Part shown: in pieces, positions 27,293-37,718 of the stretch
Position numbering within the stretch: position 1 is the first letter of the stretch
How the letters are laid out: each line of letters begins with the position of its first letter
Origin: an uncultured Bacteriovoracaceae bacterium
GTDB taxonomy: Bacteria > Bdellovibrionota > UBA2428
Reading direction: 5' to 3'
Assembly (NCBI GenBank): GCA_964636255.1
Contig: CAZWNW010000006.1
Span: 46,364-110,363 of the forward strand
DNA: 64,000 bases
Program-made: the position numbers and the translations under genes
Notes under the pieces: generated by a model
Told to the model about the DNA's origin: nothing
The model's database searches: none
What the model saw: only the letters and a program-made list of their open reading frames with translations

Positions 27293-29227
27293 CTACTTAA
27301 ACCAGCCTTTTCTGATGCCCCCTGCGTCCCACTCGGATTGGGTCATTTTGCAGGTGGGCATGACCATATTGCGGTCTGCACAAACAAAGCGGCGAGGTAA
27401 ATTAGGGCTTGTTTTGACCGAGAGTTCCAGAAAGCTAGAGGCGTCCGACTTCTCAAGCAGTGTTTTTAGAGCCGTGGTCATGCGCTCTCGAAGCTGATTT
27501 CCATTATGCCCGATGCTTGCGTATTCCTGCCCTAATTCCCTCAGGTCGGGCCGCGGTAAAACTCCGAAGCTGCTTTGTTCGAGGATTTTCAAAAAATCTT
27601 TGCGGAGCTCGGCACTCAGTCCATCGCTGATCGCAATTTTTTCAGCGATCTGCCAGTCTATTTTATCTTCATCCCATTGGATCTTGCGTGTTTTAGTTTC
27701 ACCACGGTTAAGAGCGATGACGAAGAGAATTTCCTGTCCGTCGTTTTGCTCAGCCCATTTCACTGTTTCATCTACTTTTTCAAATAAAAGTTCCTGTTGA
27801 AAATCCTCGACGAGATTCATGGGGGGGAGATATCGGGTCTGGTGATAAGTCGCCCTAGGAAGATTCATCAACTGAATTCGAATATGTTTTGGGTATTCGC
27901 TTCGCAGTCGATCGGCAAATGCTTTTAAATCTTCAAGGCTTTTGATGGCGCCAGAGGTAATCTGGCCGCGCAGTTCTTTCAAACTAGCGTTCACTTGATC
28001 GAAAAGTTCTTCTCGGTTTTGGAAGCCTTCGGGAATAAATTGCAGCACTCCGAACTCTGCATCGCGAAGTTTCAGATCCTCCGACTCGGCTTTTTCCCGA
28101 ATGAGGCTGGGGCCCGGAGTAAGGCCGATGACGCCCTTTTTTCGGGCGAAAACTAAACCAGTCGCAAACTTTGAACGATTCAGGCCGACATACCATTTTG
28201 TTAGTTCTTCGTGCGTGCGTTCGCGAAACTCTTGTACGTTTCGAGGAGCGGGGTTGTCATAACGCAAAATAATGGGTCCGCCCCAGACGTCGTTACCTTG
28301 TTCATCCTTTAAATCGGTAATATCTCGCGAGAGTTCAATGGGATGAAATGAGCCCATGGGCGTGTCACGAAACTTCAAACTTTCCAGTAGGCGCAAATAG
28401 AAGGCAGCAAATCGGCGTTGCGCCTGCGCTTCTGACTCCAATTTCATGCCGGAAGTGTAGGGGATCTCTTGATTCAAAAATTTAAATCTTACGATTCCCT
28501 CGCGCCAGGCCTTCGATGCCAGATCGCGCATTTCAGGATAACGGGCAAGAAATTTGTCTGGGGTATTTTCTTTTCGATATGCCTTCACTTCTTCCTCGGA
28601 AACGGGGCGGCGCAGATCAGGCACTGGTGTGAGCCAGCTGGCATAACTTACTTTGATGGCCCATTCCTCTTGGGGCTTGGTTACTTGATCATTGCATTTG
28701 TAATTCGGATCATCCCGAAATTTTTTCCGCTCCAATATTTGTTCTTCTGGTGTATCGCCTTCGATCAATCGACGAAAAACGCAGCCATCGGTATCGCGCT
28801 CGTGCAGGCGGTGTTTCCACAGGGCCGTGTTGACGATGTGATCGGCGCGATAAGAACGGCCACCGCGTTTAGGAGCCTCCACATGTTTTTGGTGCGGGGG
28901 TTGAACCATGATGCGGTCGTAGTGAGCGGCTATTGCCATAGAGGCCAGCGCAAGGTCTTGAGCTTGAATTTCATTAAGTTTCAGTTCCGGAAAATCTGCC
29001 TTTATTTTGGCAGCATGAGATTTAACATCAGAATCCGTGACACTTTGATAGGCATCATCGACAGCAAATTGCACAACGGTTCGTGAGCCGTGGAATGCTA
29101 AATTATCCGAGGAGATCGCCCCATGGCCGTAGGCAAGAAAGGGGACGACTAGAAGGAGGTTTTTCAGAGAGGGCTTCCCGCAACTCAGTTTTACTTGGCG
29201 GGTTCGGCTCTTCAGTTCTACGTTCAT
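27293..29227 (-). CDS. Large secreted hypothetical protein (644 aa)
   Basis: RBS AAGGAG; N-terminal hydrophobic signal-like segment; no recognisable family motif. Confidence 0.75.
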   Translation of the reverse strand: MNVELKSRTRQVKLSCGKPSLKNLLLVVPFLAYGHGAISSDNLAFHGSRTVVQFAVDDAYQSVTDSDVKSHAAKIKADFPELKLNEIQAQDLALASMAIAAHYDRIMVQPPHQKHVEAPKRGGRSYRADHIVNTALWKHRLHERDTDGCVFRRLIEGDTPEEQILERKKFRDDPNYKCNDQVTKPQEEWAIKVSYASWLTPVPDLRRPVSEEEVKAYRKENTPDKFLARYPEMRDLASKAWREGIVRFKFLNQEIPYTSGMKLESEAQAQRRFAAFYLRLLESLKFRDTPMGSFHPIELSRDITDLKDEQGNDVWGGPIILRYDNPAPRNVQEFRERTHEELTKWYVGLNRSKFATGLVFARKKGVIGLTPGPSLIREKAESEDLKLRDAEFGVLQFIPEGFQNREELFDQVNASLKELRGQITSGAIKSLEDLKAFADRLRSEYPKHIRIQLMNLPRATYHQTRYLPPMNLVEDFQQELLFEKVDETVKWAEQNDGQEILFVIALNRGETKTRKIQWDEDKIDWQIAEKIAISDGLSAELRKDFLKILEQSSFGVLPRPDLRELGQEYASIGHNGNQLRERMTTALKTLLEKSDASSFLELSVKTSPNLPRRFVCADRNMVMPTCKMTQSEWDAGGIRKGWFK

Positions 29228-29261
29228 GAAATCTCCTTTTGTTTGTTAAGTTCGCAGTAAC

Positions 29262-29297
29262 AAAAAGGACCGAGCGAAGTCATCTTCGCCCGGTCCC
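29262..29297 (-). terminator. Intrinsic terminator
   Basis: GGACCG/CGGTCC + GCGAAG/CTTCGC stem followed by TTTTTG on the minus strand. Confidence 0.75.
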
Positions 29298-29309
29298 TTC
29301 AGAGAAAGC

Positions 29310-30434
29310 TTAGTTCTTAGATGATGTATCTTGAGGAGTAGCTGCACTGATGCGGATACCGAGTAGGGCACCCCAAGCAGTGTCTTCGTTTTCTTGGCTA
29401 TCCAGTTTCGCAAATCGGAGTTCACCGATAGCGTCAACCGAGATCAAGCCACTTTGATAAACTGGACGTTCAGCGCCCAAAGTTGCTTGAAGAGCTTCAG
29501 CGTTTCCAGACTCAGTCTGGATGTCGCCGATTTCGCCACGAGCATAAACAGTGGTCTTGCCGAACTTAGTACTGGCTTGAGCCATTAAGCTGTCCATGTT
29601 CTTCATAGAGTCAGTGAAGTGTCGGATGTATTGAGCCATCAAAGCAACTTCTTGGTCAGCAACATTTACGCTAGTTCCAACGGAAAGAGCGATTTTGTTG
29701 TCAACGTCGCCGCTGCCATCGCGCTCGTTAGCAAAAGCTACGCGAACTCGAGTCTTGTCGGATCCAACTTCGGCTGCAGCCATGACACTCAAACGGTCAG
29801 AAAGGTCGCCGCTTTGAACGTTCATCACGTCAGACCAGCGAATGCTTTCAGACAGATCGATCGCTTTGCGGCCAATGCCGTCATACAAAGTAACTGAAAG
29901 TTTAGCGTTCTTGAGTTCAGTTTCTGCACTGACCAAAAGACGCTCGCCGCGACGCTCTTGATTTTCCTGCATCGAACGGCTCAGTCCGTTTGTGGGACGA
30001 TCTTCGAAACGAATGTCGCCGTATCCACCACGAACCTTGAAGTTGCCGATTTGCTTGGTCAAGAGAATCTCTTGAATCAAGCCACGAGCGGGAGTTCCGT
30101 CGAGACTGCCGTGCTCTTGGTCCGGTCCGTCAAAATTGATCCCGTCAATGTGGCGACGAACGAGTTGTTCGAAGTCCAAAGCGAGTTCAACGACAGTGCC
30201 GTTTTCGAGCTTCATTTCGATGACGGCTGTAGGCTTATCAAATAGATAAGCTCCGCTGTTAGAGTCAGAGAGAGAGTCTTGTGAAAAGACTCCCGAAGCT
30301 CCGATAACAGACTGAGTCTGTCCTCTAGCAGAGAATTCAACAGCTTCACCGATGCTGGGGATCATCACTAGCAATGCTGCTAGCAACAAACCCTTTTTAC
30401 AGGTTTTCCAGAATCCGTAATTGTTATTGGTCAT
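29310..30434 (-). CDS. Probable porin-like outer membrane beta-barrel
   Basis: RBS AAGGAGG, signal peptide ending GEA, alternating beta strands throughout, own terminator. Confidence 0.65.
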   Translation of the reverse strand: MTNNNYGFWKTCKKGLLLAALLVMIPSIGEAVEFSARGQTQSVIGASGVFSQDSLSDSNSGAYLFDKPTAVIEMKLENGTVVELALDFEQLVRRHIDGINFDGPDQEHGSLDGTPARGLIQEILLTKQIGNFKVRGGYGDIRFEDRPTNGLSRSMQENQERRGERLLVSAETELKNAKLSVTLYDGIGRKAIDLSESIRWSDVMNVQSGDLSDRLSVMAAAEVGSDKTRVRVAFANERDGSGDVDNKIALSVGTSVNVADQEVALMAQYIRHFTDSMKNMDSLMAQASTKFGKTTVYARGEIGDIQTESGNAEALQATLGAERPVYQSGLISVDAIGELRFAKLDSQENEDTAWGALLGIRISAATPQDTSSKN

Positions 30435-30479
30435 GTATCCTCCTTAGATTTTGCGTTTACGCACGCGAGGAAGCCAATA

Positions 30480-30495
30480 AGCAGGAAGTGGGCCA
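30480..30495 (-). promoter_or_regulatory. Possible sigma54 -24/-12 promoter
   Basis: TGGCCCACTTCCTGCT has GG-N10-GC spacing ~45 nt upstream of the ATG; imperfect consensus. Confidence 0.3.
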
Positions 30496-30636
30496 GATCT
30501 ATAAAGGTTTGAATTTTGGTGCGAAATGACGAGAAACAGTAATTTTTGGGCAAATTTTGCTGTCGAAATTCTAATCATTCTCCGCAAAATGCGGAATAGG
30601 GCGGGGTTGATGATGAAGTGGAGTCGCTCTTCTGAC

Positions 30637-31311
30637 CTACTTTTCGACTTCAGCAGAACGCGAGAGCAACTGTTGCAGACCTTCGTCGAGGCCTGCCATC
30701 AAAAGTCGATGGTGAGACATAATAATAGAGTTGGGGGTCGGTATTTGAACAGACTCCATATTAGAGGTGTCGCGAATCGCCACGACTTGAACTCCGTAGT
30801 TTTTTGGAAGGGCAAGTTCAGACAAGCTTTTGCCGGTCATCCAGGGCTGCGCTCCATATTCGACTATCCGAAATCCATTACCCAGATCCATTTCATGTAG
30901 AATGGACGGAGTTAAAAGTCGATGCGCGATTGCCTTTCCCATTTCGCTTTCAACAAAGAAAACATCGTGAGCCCCCATCTTCTTTAAGATGCTTGCATTC
31001 AGCTCATTCGTTGCCCTGCAGGCCACATTCTTCACTTTCAGATCTAATAGATGGGCTGTCGTGAGGACTGCGCCTGCGAAATTTTCGCCGATACAGACGA
31101 TCGCTCCGTCGACAGATGCGGCGCCTAGTTGATCGAGCAATTTGGGATCCGTGCTATCTCCGGTAACCGCGAGTGCAACACGATCTTTAATGCGATCAAT
31201 GTAGACTGGATTTGAATCAAGTGCGATCACTTCTGCGCCCTCCGAGGCGAGAGTTTTCGCGACGGACTCGCCTAGAATCCCTAAACCAATGACAAGAAAT
31301 CTTTTATCCAT
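30637..31311 (-). CDS. ktrA: Ktr/Trk potassium uptake RCK subunit
   Basis: VIGLGILG Rossmann motif, AVTGDSTD, RCK_C domain. Confidence 0.88.
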   Translation of the reverse strand: MDKRFLVIGLGILGESVAKTLASEGAEVIALDSNPVYIDRIKDRVALAVTGDSTDPKLLDQLGAASVDGAIVCIGENFAGAVLTTAHLLDLKVKNVACRATNELNASILKKMGAHDVFFVESEMGKAIAHRLLTPSILHEMDLGNGFRIVEYGAQPWMTGKSLSELALPKNYGVQVVAIRDTSNMESVQIPTPNSIIMSHHRLLMAGLDEGLQQLLSRSAEVEK

Positions 31312-31337
31312 AAAAAAATTGTCCTTTACTAACGCTT

Positions 31338-33110
31338 TTATCCGGCAAAGAATTTATCCTCCGGGTAGCGAAAACGTTGCTCTTCCTGCCGCCCCAGTCC
31401 CGCATAAGCTGCGGTGACCAAACCCAATCGACCAACGATCATCAACAATATAATGATTAACTTCCCAAAAAAACTAAGGTGCGGCGTGGCTCCCAGCGAA
31501 AGACCCACGGTCGAAAGTGCGGACACAATTTCAAAAATAAGCGCCCATGAGTCCGTGTCTTCGGTGACGAAGAGAAGAAGGGATGCGCCGATAGCAGCGA
31601 CAAAATAGAGAACGACAGCAGAAATTGCGCGCATGACGACCGAATTTGGAATCTCGCGGTGATGATATTGAGCTGCTCTCTGCCCGCGAATCGAGCTCAA
31701 TGCGGCGGCAAAAAGTACGCCGATAGTTGTGGTCTTCAGGCCGCCGGCGGCCGAAATCGGCGAGCCTCCGATGATCATTAGGCCCATCATGACAAGTATC
31801 GTTGAGATGTGGAAGCGATCGACCGGTACCATGTTAAATCCCGCGGTGCGCGTAGACACAGTATAAAACAAAGCTTGTCCGAAACGCTCAAAAGCACTCA
31901 GGGTGGGAACTTTTACGACACTTTCAAGTAGGAAAAACAGAACTGCTCCCAGAATAAGCAGAACTCCTGATACTTGAAGTGAAAGCCGAGTGTTGGCACT
32001 AAATCTAAAATACTTTTTTGTTTTACGAGACCGATTGATCAGTTCAAAGAGAACCGGGAAGCCGAGTCCTCCGATGATCACAAGAAGGCAAATCGACCAA
32101 ATTCCCAAAATTCCAAAGGGACTCGACTCCAGGCTGAGAGGTAGGGATGAAAATCCGGCATTACAGAATGCAGAAATGGAGTGAAAGACTGCGTGATGAA
32201 AGCGGTCCGGCATATTTGACGGAAGCGAAAAGTATAGAATGATAGTACCGACGAATTCTGCCGCTAGAGTAAAAGCCACAACTTTTCGCAGGAAGAGAGT
32301 CATGTTTCCCAAGTCCGGAATGTCGTAAATTTCCCTGTTGACCAGCGTCCCGCGAATCGAAAGTCGTTTTACTGCCGCCAGTGCTAGTCCAGATGTGACG
32401 ATTACGATTCCCAGTCCCCCGATTTGGATCAGCCCAAGCAACACCCACTGGCCGGGAAGTGAAAGTATTTCGGCAATATTGATGGTCGAGAGCCCGGTCA
32501 CTGCCAGTGCCGATACTGTAATAAAAAATGAATCGATCAGTTTTAGAGAGGCTCCGTCACTGAGAGAAAAGGGCAGCATTAAAATATAGGTCCCAACTAG
32601 GGCTGCGATAAAATACAAGAGCATCATTCGACGACCGCTTGAAAGATCAAGGCGCGCAAAAAAGGGAGCTAAGCGCGATGAGTTCAATACAGTAGAAAGC
32701 AAAAAAGTTGCAAGAGCCGTGTCGATGTAATTCAGATAGTGCCGCGATCCAGATAGTTCGAGCGCGACGTCACTTCCGTAAAGCCAGCGACTCAACCACA
32801 GTAACAAAAATAAAATGGCGATCCAAGAAAGGGTTTCTCGTGCGAGAGATACGATGCGCTGACGTTCCGCATTGTCCATCCAACTAACAACTTCTACGCG
32901 CAAGTTTTGCAGGTTGTTAAAGATGCGCCAGAAATAGCCGCCGGAGAGGCGAAGGATTGAAAAAACTACGACGATGTCGCCGATCACAAGAACGAAATTC
33001 CAGTCTGGAAGAAAGTGGATCAGAAGAATCAACATCGACAGCAGTAAAATAACGAGCAGCTGTACTTGATTGTTAAAGCGTCCCAAAAGACGCCAAGGTG
33101 CTGTTTCCAT
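31338..33110 (-). CDS. ktrB: Ktr/Trk potassium uptake membrane subunit with N-terminal extension
   Basis: Four pore motifs SALAVTGL, SAFCNAGF, STRTAGF, SALSTVGL. Confidence 0.88.
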   Translation of the reverse strand: METAPWRLLGRFNNQVQLLVILLLSMLILLIHFLPDWNFVLVIGDIVVVFSILRLSGGYFWRIFNNLQNLRVEVVSWMDNAERQRIVSLARETLSWIAILFLLLWLSRWLYGSDVALELSGSRHYLNYIDTALATFLLSTVLNSSRLAPFFARLDLSSGRRMMLLYFIAALVGTYILMLPFSLSDGASLKLIDSFFITVSALAVTGLSTINIAEILSLPGQWVLLGLIQIGGLGIVIVTSGLALAAVKRLSIRGTLVNREIYDIPDLGNMTLFLRKVVAFTLAAEFVGTIILYFSLPSNMPDRFHHAVFHSISAFCNAGFSSLPLSLESSPFGILGIWSICLLVIIGGLGFPVLFELINRSRKTKKYFRFSANTRLSLQVSGVLLILGAVLFFLLESVVKVPTLSAFERFGQALFYTVSTRTAGFNMVPVDRFHISTILVMMGLMIIGGSPISAAGGLKTTTIGVLFAAALSSIRGQRAAQYHHREIPNSVVMRAISAVVLYFVAAIGASLLLFVTEDTDSWALIFEIVSALSTVGLSLGATPHLSFFGKLIIILLMIVGRLGLVTAAYAGLGRQEEQRFRYPEDKFFAG

Positions 33111-33159
33111 TGCTGAGCGCCAGGATACCCGTAGTCTGGGTCGGAATCCACGAAGCCAG

Positions 33160-33205
33160 CTTAAAAGTAAACCGGGAGGCGACTGTCCCGAAACAGCCGC
33201 CCCCC
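33160..33205 (-). terminator. Probable terminator downstream of second flagellin
   Basis: Minus-strand GGCGGCTGT-TTCGGG-ACAGTCGCC hairpin followed by T-rich run. Confidence 0.5.
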
Positions 33206-33245
33206 TTATGAGAATTAACCGTGACCCTGAACTTGACGGCTATAA

Positions 33246-34079
33246 TTAGCCGAGAAGTTTAAGAGCCAAAGCTGTAGTCGAATTTGCCTGAGCCAATACT
33301 GACGTTGCAGCCTGAGTCTTGACGATGTCTCGTGACATATCAGCACTGACAGATGCGAAGTCAGCGTCTTTGATACGTGAACGAGCTGCCGAGAAGTTTT
33401 CTACGGCGACTTCAGTGTTGGCGATGTTTGACACCAAACGGTTTTGAAGAGCACCCAGGTTGGATCGGTTACTATTGAGCGTGCCGATCGCGTTGTCGAG
33501 TGCTTCAAGGCCTGTTTGAGCCGCTGCTTTGTTTGAGATATCGATCCCTGACAATCCCAAAGCGTCAATAGTGACGTTGGTTTCAGCAGGTGAGTAGCTG
33601 ATGCGGTCTAAGAACTCGTCATTGCGTGTTCCGATTTGGAAATCGAGTTTCTCGCCTTCACCCTTCAACAGATAAGTTCCGTTGTAGTTAGTGGATTGCG
33701 CGATACGTTCCATTTCAAGCTTCAGCTGTTGAGCTTCACGGTCGAGATATCCACGCTCGGAAACACCGATCGTGTCCGAAGCAGCTTGGATGCTCAATTC
33801 GCGAAGACGGATGATCATGTTGCCGATTTCGTTCATCGATCCTTCAGCAACTTGCACGAACGAGATACCGTCTTGAGCGTTACGAGCGGCCTGTTGGAAG
33901 GATCGAATTTGACCCGTCAAACTTTCGCTGATTGCCAAGCCGGCAGCATCGTCTGCAGATTTGTTAATACGAGCACCAGAAGCGAGTTTCGAAGTGCTGT
34001 CGCCCAAAGTGCCTTGTGCCGCGCGTAGGTTACGCTGAGCATTTACAGATAGCATGTTAGTGTTAATTCTCATTCCCAT
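33246..34079 (-). CDS. fliC: Flagellin (short, 277 aa)
   Basis: MGMRINTN..KLASGARINKSADDAAGLAIS; RSNLGALQNR; RIKDADFA. Confidence 0.95.
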   Translation of the reverse strand: MGMRINTNMLSVNAQRNLRAAQGTLGDSTSKLASGARINKSADDAAGLAISESLTGQIRSFQQAARNAQDGISFVQVAEGSMNEIGNMIIRLRELSIQAASDTIGVSERGYLDREAQQLKLEMERIAQSTNYNGTYLLKGEGEKLDFQIGTRNDEFLDRISYSPAETNVTIDALGLSGIDISNKAAAQTGLEALDNAIGTLNSNRSNLGALQNRLVSNIANTEVAVENFSAARSRIKDADFASVSADMSRDIVKTQAATSVLAQANSTTALALKLLG

Positions 34080-34400
34080 GTTATTAATCTCCTTTAGTCA
34101 TTTTTCTTTTCACCTCCGTGTTTGATGTTGCATCTCTTGCAGGTTGCCGCCTTTAAGAGAGGGGATCGAATCGTTCGTCCCGTTTACGAGTTAAACAAAA
34201 AAGTTAGATGGTTAATTTCTGACTACCGCTGTGATTTTTCACATCCGGTATCCATCCGTAGTTTCGAACATCCGTTCGAAGAGAACCGAAGCTCCACTTC
34301 GTTAGAACCTTCGTAGTCGTCCGTACCTCCCTTTCTTTGTTTTTCCCGAAAACCAACTTTCGGGATCCGCGCCTGACATTTTTCTGGCGCTACATGATGA

Positions 34401-34427
34401 CAATCGGAATATTGACGCTCGACTTTA
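34401..34427 (-). promoter_or_regulatory. Sigma28 (FliA) promoter of second flagellin
   Basis: TAAAGTCG-N11-TCCGATTG, TAAA-N15 spacing; implies a ~315 nt leader. Confidence 0.65.
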
Positions 34428-34488
34428 GGGAAAAATGTAATTATTTTGACTGCTTGCACCGCATCAAAAAGACGCTGTGCGTAAAAAG

Positions 34489-35424
34489 ATGGAAACCACT
34501 CAGCTTTCTCATTTGCCTGTTCTTCTCTCGGAGATTTTGAAGATCTGCCCCGAGCGCGAAAATCTTCGATTTTTGGACTGCACGGCCGGTGGAGGAGGAC
34601 ATTTCTTCGCGGTGCTTGAGTCACGGCGGGTTGAAATTGCTGAGTGTTGGGATCGAGACCCGCTCGCCGAAAGTCGCATTAGGCAACACGCCGAATCGCG
34701 GGGAGTCCCAGTAAACGCCTATCAATTTAAACAAAAGAGATTCTCTGAAGGACCGGAAAGCTCCCAGCTTTATGACTTCATTCTGGCCGATCTTGGGATC
34801 TCTTCCTTTCAAATCGATGATCCGCAGCGAGGCATGAGCCTTTTTTCGGAGCAACGGGTCGACTTTCGCATGAACCCAAATGAAGGCGAATCGTTTGAGC
34901 AGTGGCTTAAACGCTGTCCCGAAAGTGAACTTGAGCGCATTCTACGACTTTACGGTGAAGAGCCAAAATCTCGACGACTGGCTCGCGCTCTAAAAGAAAA
35001 ACAACCACCCCTAGAAAATGCCGCTCGTTTTGCGGAATGGGTGGCCAAAGAACTCGCATATCCAGCGCCGAGCCGACGGCATCCAGCGACTCGAAGCTTT
35101 CAGGCCTTACGAATCGCGATCAACGAAGAATTAGCAGAGATCGAATCACTTCTTCGATGGGCTCCGGAGGCATTGGCAGTTGGTGGGCGCTTGGCCATCA
35201 TTTCATTTCATTCGCTTGAGGATCGAATGGTTAAAAGACGTTTCCGTGACTTGGCGGAGAGTCACTGCTTCGATATTCTAACTAAGAAGCCGTGGGAGGC
35301 TTCTGAGTCAGAGCTTTCAATGAATCCTCGATCGCGAAGTGCGCGGCTGCGGATCATTGAAAAAACTGCCGAGGAAGTGCCCGCACTAAAACAGCATGAA
35401 AAAGAAGCCAAGGATTCGTTATGA
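34489..35424 (+). CDS. rsmH: 16S rRNA C1402 methyltransferase
   Basis: HLPVLL, DCTAGGGGH, DLGISSFQID, HPATRSFQALRIAIN, SFHSLEDR, NPRSRSA. Confidence 0.95.
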   Translation: METTQLSHLPVLLSEILKICPERENLRFLDCTAGGGGHFFAVLESRRVEIAECWDRDPLAESRIRQHAESRGVPVNAYQFKQKRFSEGPESSQLYDFILADLGISSFQIDDPQRGMSLFSEQRVDFRMNPNEGESFEQWLKRCPESELERILRLYGEEPKSRRLARALKEKQPPLENAARFAEWVAKELAYPAPSRRHPATRSFQALRIAINEELAEIESLLRWAPEALAVGGRLAIISFHSLEDRMVKRRFRDLAESHCFDILTKKPWEASESELSMNPRSRSARLRIIEKTAEEVPALKQHEKEAKDSL

Positions 35425-35767
35425 GCCTCAATCCATCCGTGGCCCGGCTGTTCTTAGAATTGTTTTTTTATTTATTTCGGTTGCCGCAGCCTTTGTGCTG
35501 CACGTTTGGCTAAGAACGCAGGTCGTTGCCGAAAGTTATCGCTTGGGCGAGATACGCAGTAAAATTCTTGAGCTTGATGCCGAGAAGGTAAAGCTCCGTT
35601 TGAAGAGAGAGCGCCTAAAAAATCCGGAACGTCTAAGCGGTGTCGTTAAGCGCTATCGCGAACGCGGCGTCGACTTCCGTCATCCTAGCCCGGACCAAGT
35701 TCTTTATTACGAGCCTTTGACAACTAAACCTCGATCTTCGGAAGAGCTCCAGGGGCCCGCCCGATGA
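35396..35767 (+). CDS. ftsL: Cell division protein FtsL-like
   Basis: Single TM then coiled coil, between rsmH and ftsI. Confidence 0.7.
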   Translation: MKKKPRIRYEPQSIRGPAVLRIVFLFISVAAAFVLHVWLRTQVVAESYRLGEIRSKILELDAEKVKLRLKRERLKNPERLSGVVKRYRERGVDFRHPSPDQVLYYEPLTTKPRSSEELQGPAR

Positions 35768-37710
35768 AGAGTTCCAGCGTGTGGCGACTCCGTTTCCTGA
35801 TATTGGGATTCTTTTTTGGAACTTTATTATTGGTCTTTCGAGCCTTTCAGTTGCAAATGTTGCCACAAGAACGGGTTGAAAAACTTGCTCGACGCCAGCT
35901 GAGTCGGGTGACTGAAATTGTAGGACGGCGCGGAACGATTTTTGATCGAAATGGGCGCGAATTAGCAGTGTCGATGAATTCAGTTTCCGTTTATGCAAAT
36001 CCGCAATCCGTGCGGCAGCCGAGACTCGTTGCGCGAGAGCTTTCCAAGGTGCTGAGTCTCAGCGCAGATCAAATTCAGCGCAAACTCGCGGAGTCCACCC
36101 AGAAGAAATTCATTTGGCTCGAGCGGCAGCTGGATTCCGGTCAGATCGCAAGGCTGGAAAAGATCGAGCTCAAGGATCTCGATGGCATCGGCGTAATCCC
36201 TGAATACCGACGAGAATACCCCATGGGAGAACTTGCGGCGCACATACTGGGCTTTGTATCAATCGATGGATGGGGTCTAGAGGGAATTGAAAAGCGATTT
36301 GATCAGAAATTAAAAGGGAACACGGAAACCTTTCGCGTGGAGAGAGATGCGCGGGGGCGCCCGCTCTTTTCGCATATGGATCAGATTCGTTTGGATGATC
36401 AGCGCGGGGAAAACATCCATTTAACTATTGATGCGCGATTACAGTATGCCTCAGAGCAGGCACTGAAAAAGGCAGTCTCCCATCATGAAGCCGATGCCGG
36501 GGTGGCGGTCGTGCTGGATCCCAAATCAGGCGAGGTGCTGGCTCTCTCTAATTATCCGGCTTTTGATCCAGAGAGGCCAGGTCTCTCCCCACTTCAACAT
36601 CGCAGAAATCGAGCCATTACGGATCCGATTGAACCGGGAAGTGTCATGAAACCTTTTGTAGTGGCGAAGGCACTTGAAGACAAAGTGATCGGATTGACGA
36701 CGTGGATTCCTGCGGGTGATGGCAGCATTAAGATTGGTCGTAAAACAATTCGCGAAGCTGATGTAAAACACAACGCTAAACGACTTCAGCCTAAGGACCT
36801 CATTAAATTCTCCAGCAATGTTGCGACTGTGCACCTGCAGCGCATGATGGGTTTCGATCGTATTGCGGAAGTTTTCACCTCGCTTGGTTTCGGCCGCTTT
36901 ACAGGCATTGAGTTGCCCGGGGAATCGCGGGGGATTTTTCGGTTGCCGGGGAAAAAGCAACTGTTGGAGCAAGCAACGATATCTTTTGGTCAGGGAATTG
37001 CGGCCACACCCCTTCAGATCGCGAGCGCATTTTCGGCCTTAGCAAATGACGGAATCATGATTCAGCCGCGTTTATTGGAAGGCAGCGCCTCAAAAAGATC
37101 CGGCGAGCGAATTTACAAGAGTGAAACGGCTCGCAAACTAAAAGGAATTCTCCGTTCAGTTGTGGAGGAAGAGGGGACCGGAGTCGCGGCGCGAATTCAA
37201 GGTTTTGAAGTTGCGGGAAAAACAGGGACCTCCCAAATGGTCGACTTTGAAAAGGGCGGATACCTTCGCGGGGCCTATTGGTCGTCCTTTGTTGGATTTT
37301 TTCCGGCCAGTGATCCCAGGTTCGTAATTTATGTCATGCTTACCCAACCCCGAGTGAATGGTTATTATGGTGGTCGTATTGCTGCACCGGTCTTTGGTGA
37401 AATCGCAACTGCCGCCGCACGCACGGTGGGTGTACTGCCGGCAATCTCTAAATCGCGTTCGGATTTGCCGATCCAGTATCCCGATCTTGTGGATGAAAAT
37501 CGAAGGTCTCTTCAAGCAAAAAATTCGCTCATTAAATTGCGGGTGATGCCTAATCTGGTGGGGCTGAGTGTTACGCAGGCGCTGCGCGTGTTGGAAGAAG
37601 GAATCCCGTCTGTCGAGGTCATTGGACGGGGAACGGAAATTTTTGAACAAATTCCACGTGAGGGAGAAACCTTTGACCCCAACCAACGCGTGTATTTAAA
37701 GTTACGTTAA
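35764..37710 (+). CDS. ftsI: Penicillin-binding protein 3 with PASTA domain
   Basis: RRGTIFDRNG, EPGSVMK (SxxK), SSN (SxN), KTGT, C-terminal MPNLVGLS. Confidence 0.92.
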   Translation: MKSSSVWRLRFLILGFFFGTLLLVFRAFQLQMLPQERVEKLARRQLSRVTEIVGRRGTIFDRNGRELAVSMNSVSVYANPQSVRQPRLVARELSKVLSLSADQIQRKLAESTQKKFIWLERQLDSGQIARLEKIELKDLDGIGVIPEYRREYPMGELAAHILGFVSIDGWGLEGIEKRFDQKLKGNTETFRVERDARGRPLFSHMDQIRLDDQRGENIHLTIDARLQYASEQALKKAVSHHEADAGVAVVLDPKSGEVLALSNYPAFDPERPGLSPLQHRRNRAITDPIEPGSVMKPFVVAKALEDKVIGLTTWIPAGDGSIKIGRKTIREADVKHNAKRLQPKDLIKFSSNVATVHLQRMMGFDRIAEVFTSLGFGRFTGIELPGESRGIFRLPGKKQLLEQATISFGQGIAATPLQIASAFSALANDGIMIQPRLLEGSASKRSGERIYKSETARKLKGILRSVVEEEGTGVAARIQGFEVAGKTGTSQMVDFEKGGYLRGAYWSSFVGFFPASDPRFVIYVMLTQPRVNGYYGGRIAAPVFGEIATAAARTVGVLPAISKSRSDLPIQYPDLVDENRRSLQAKNSLIKLRVMPNLVGLSVTQALRVLEEGIPSVEVIGRGTEIFEQIPREGETFDPNQRVYLKLR

Positions 37711-37718
37711 TAGGTCAC

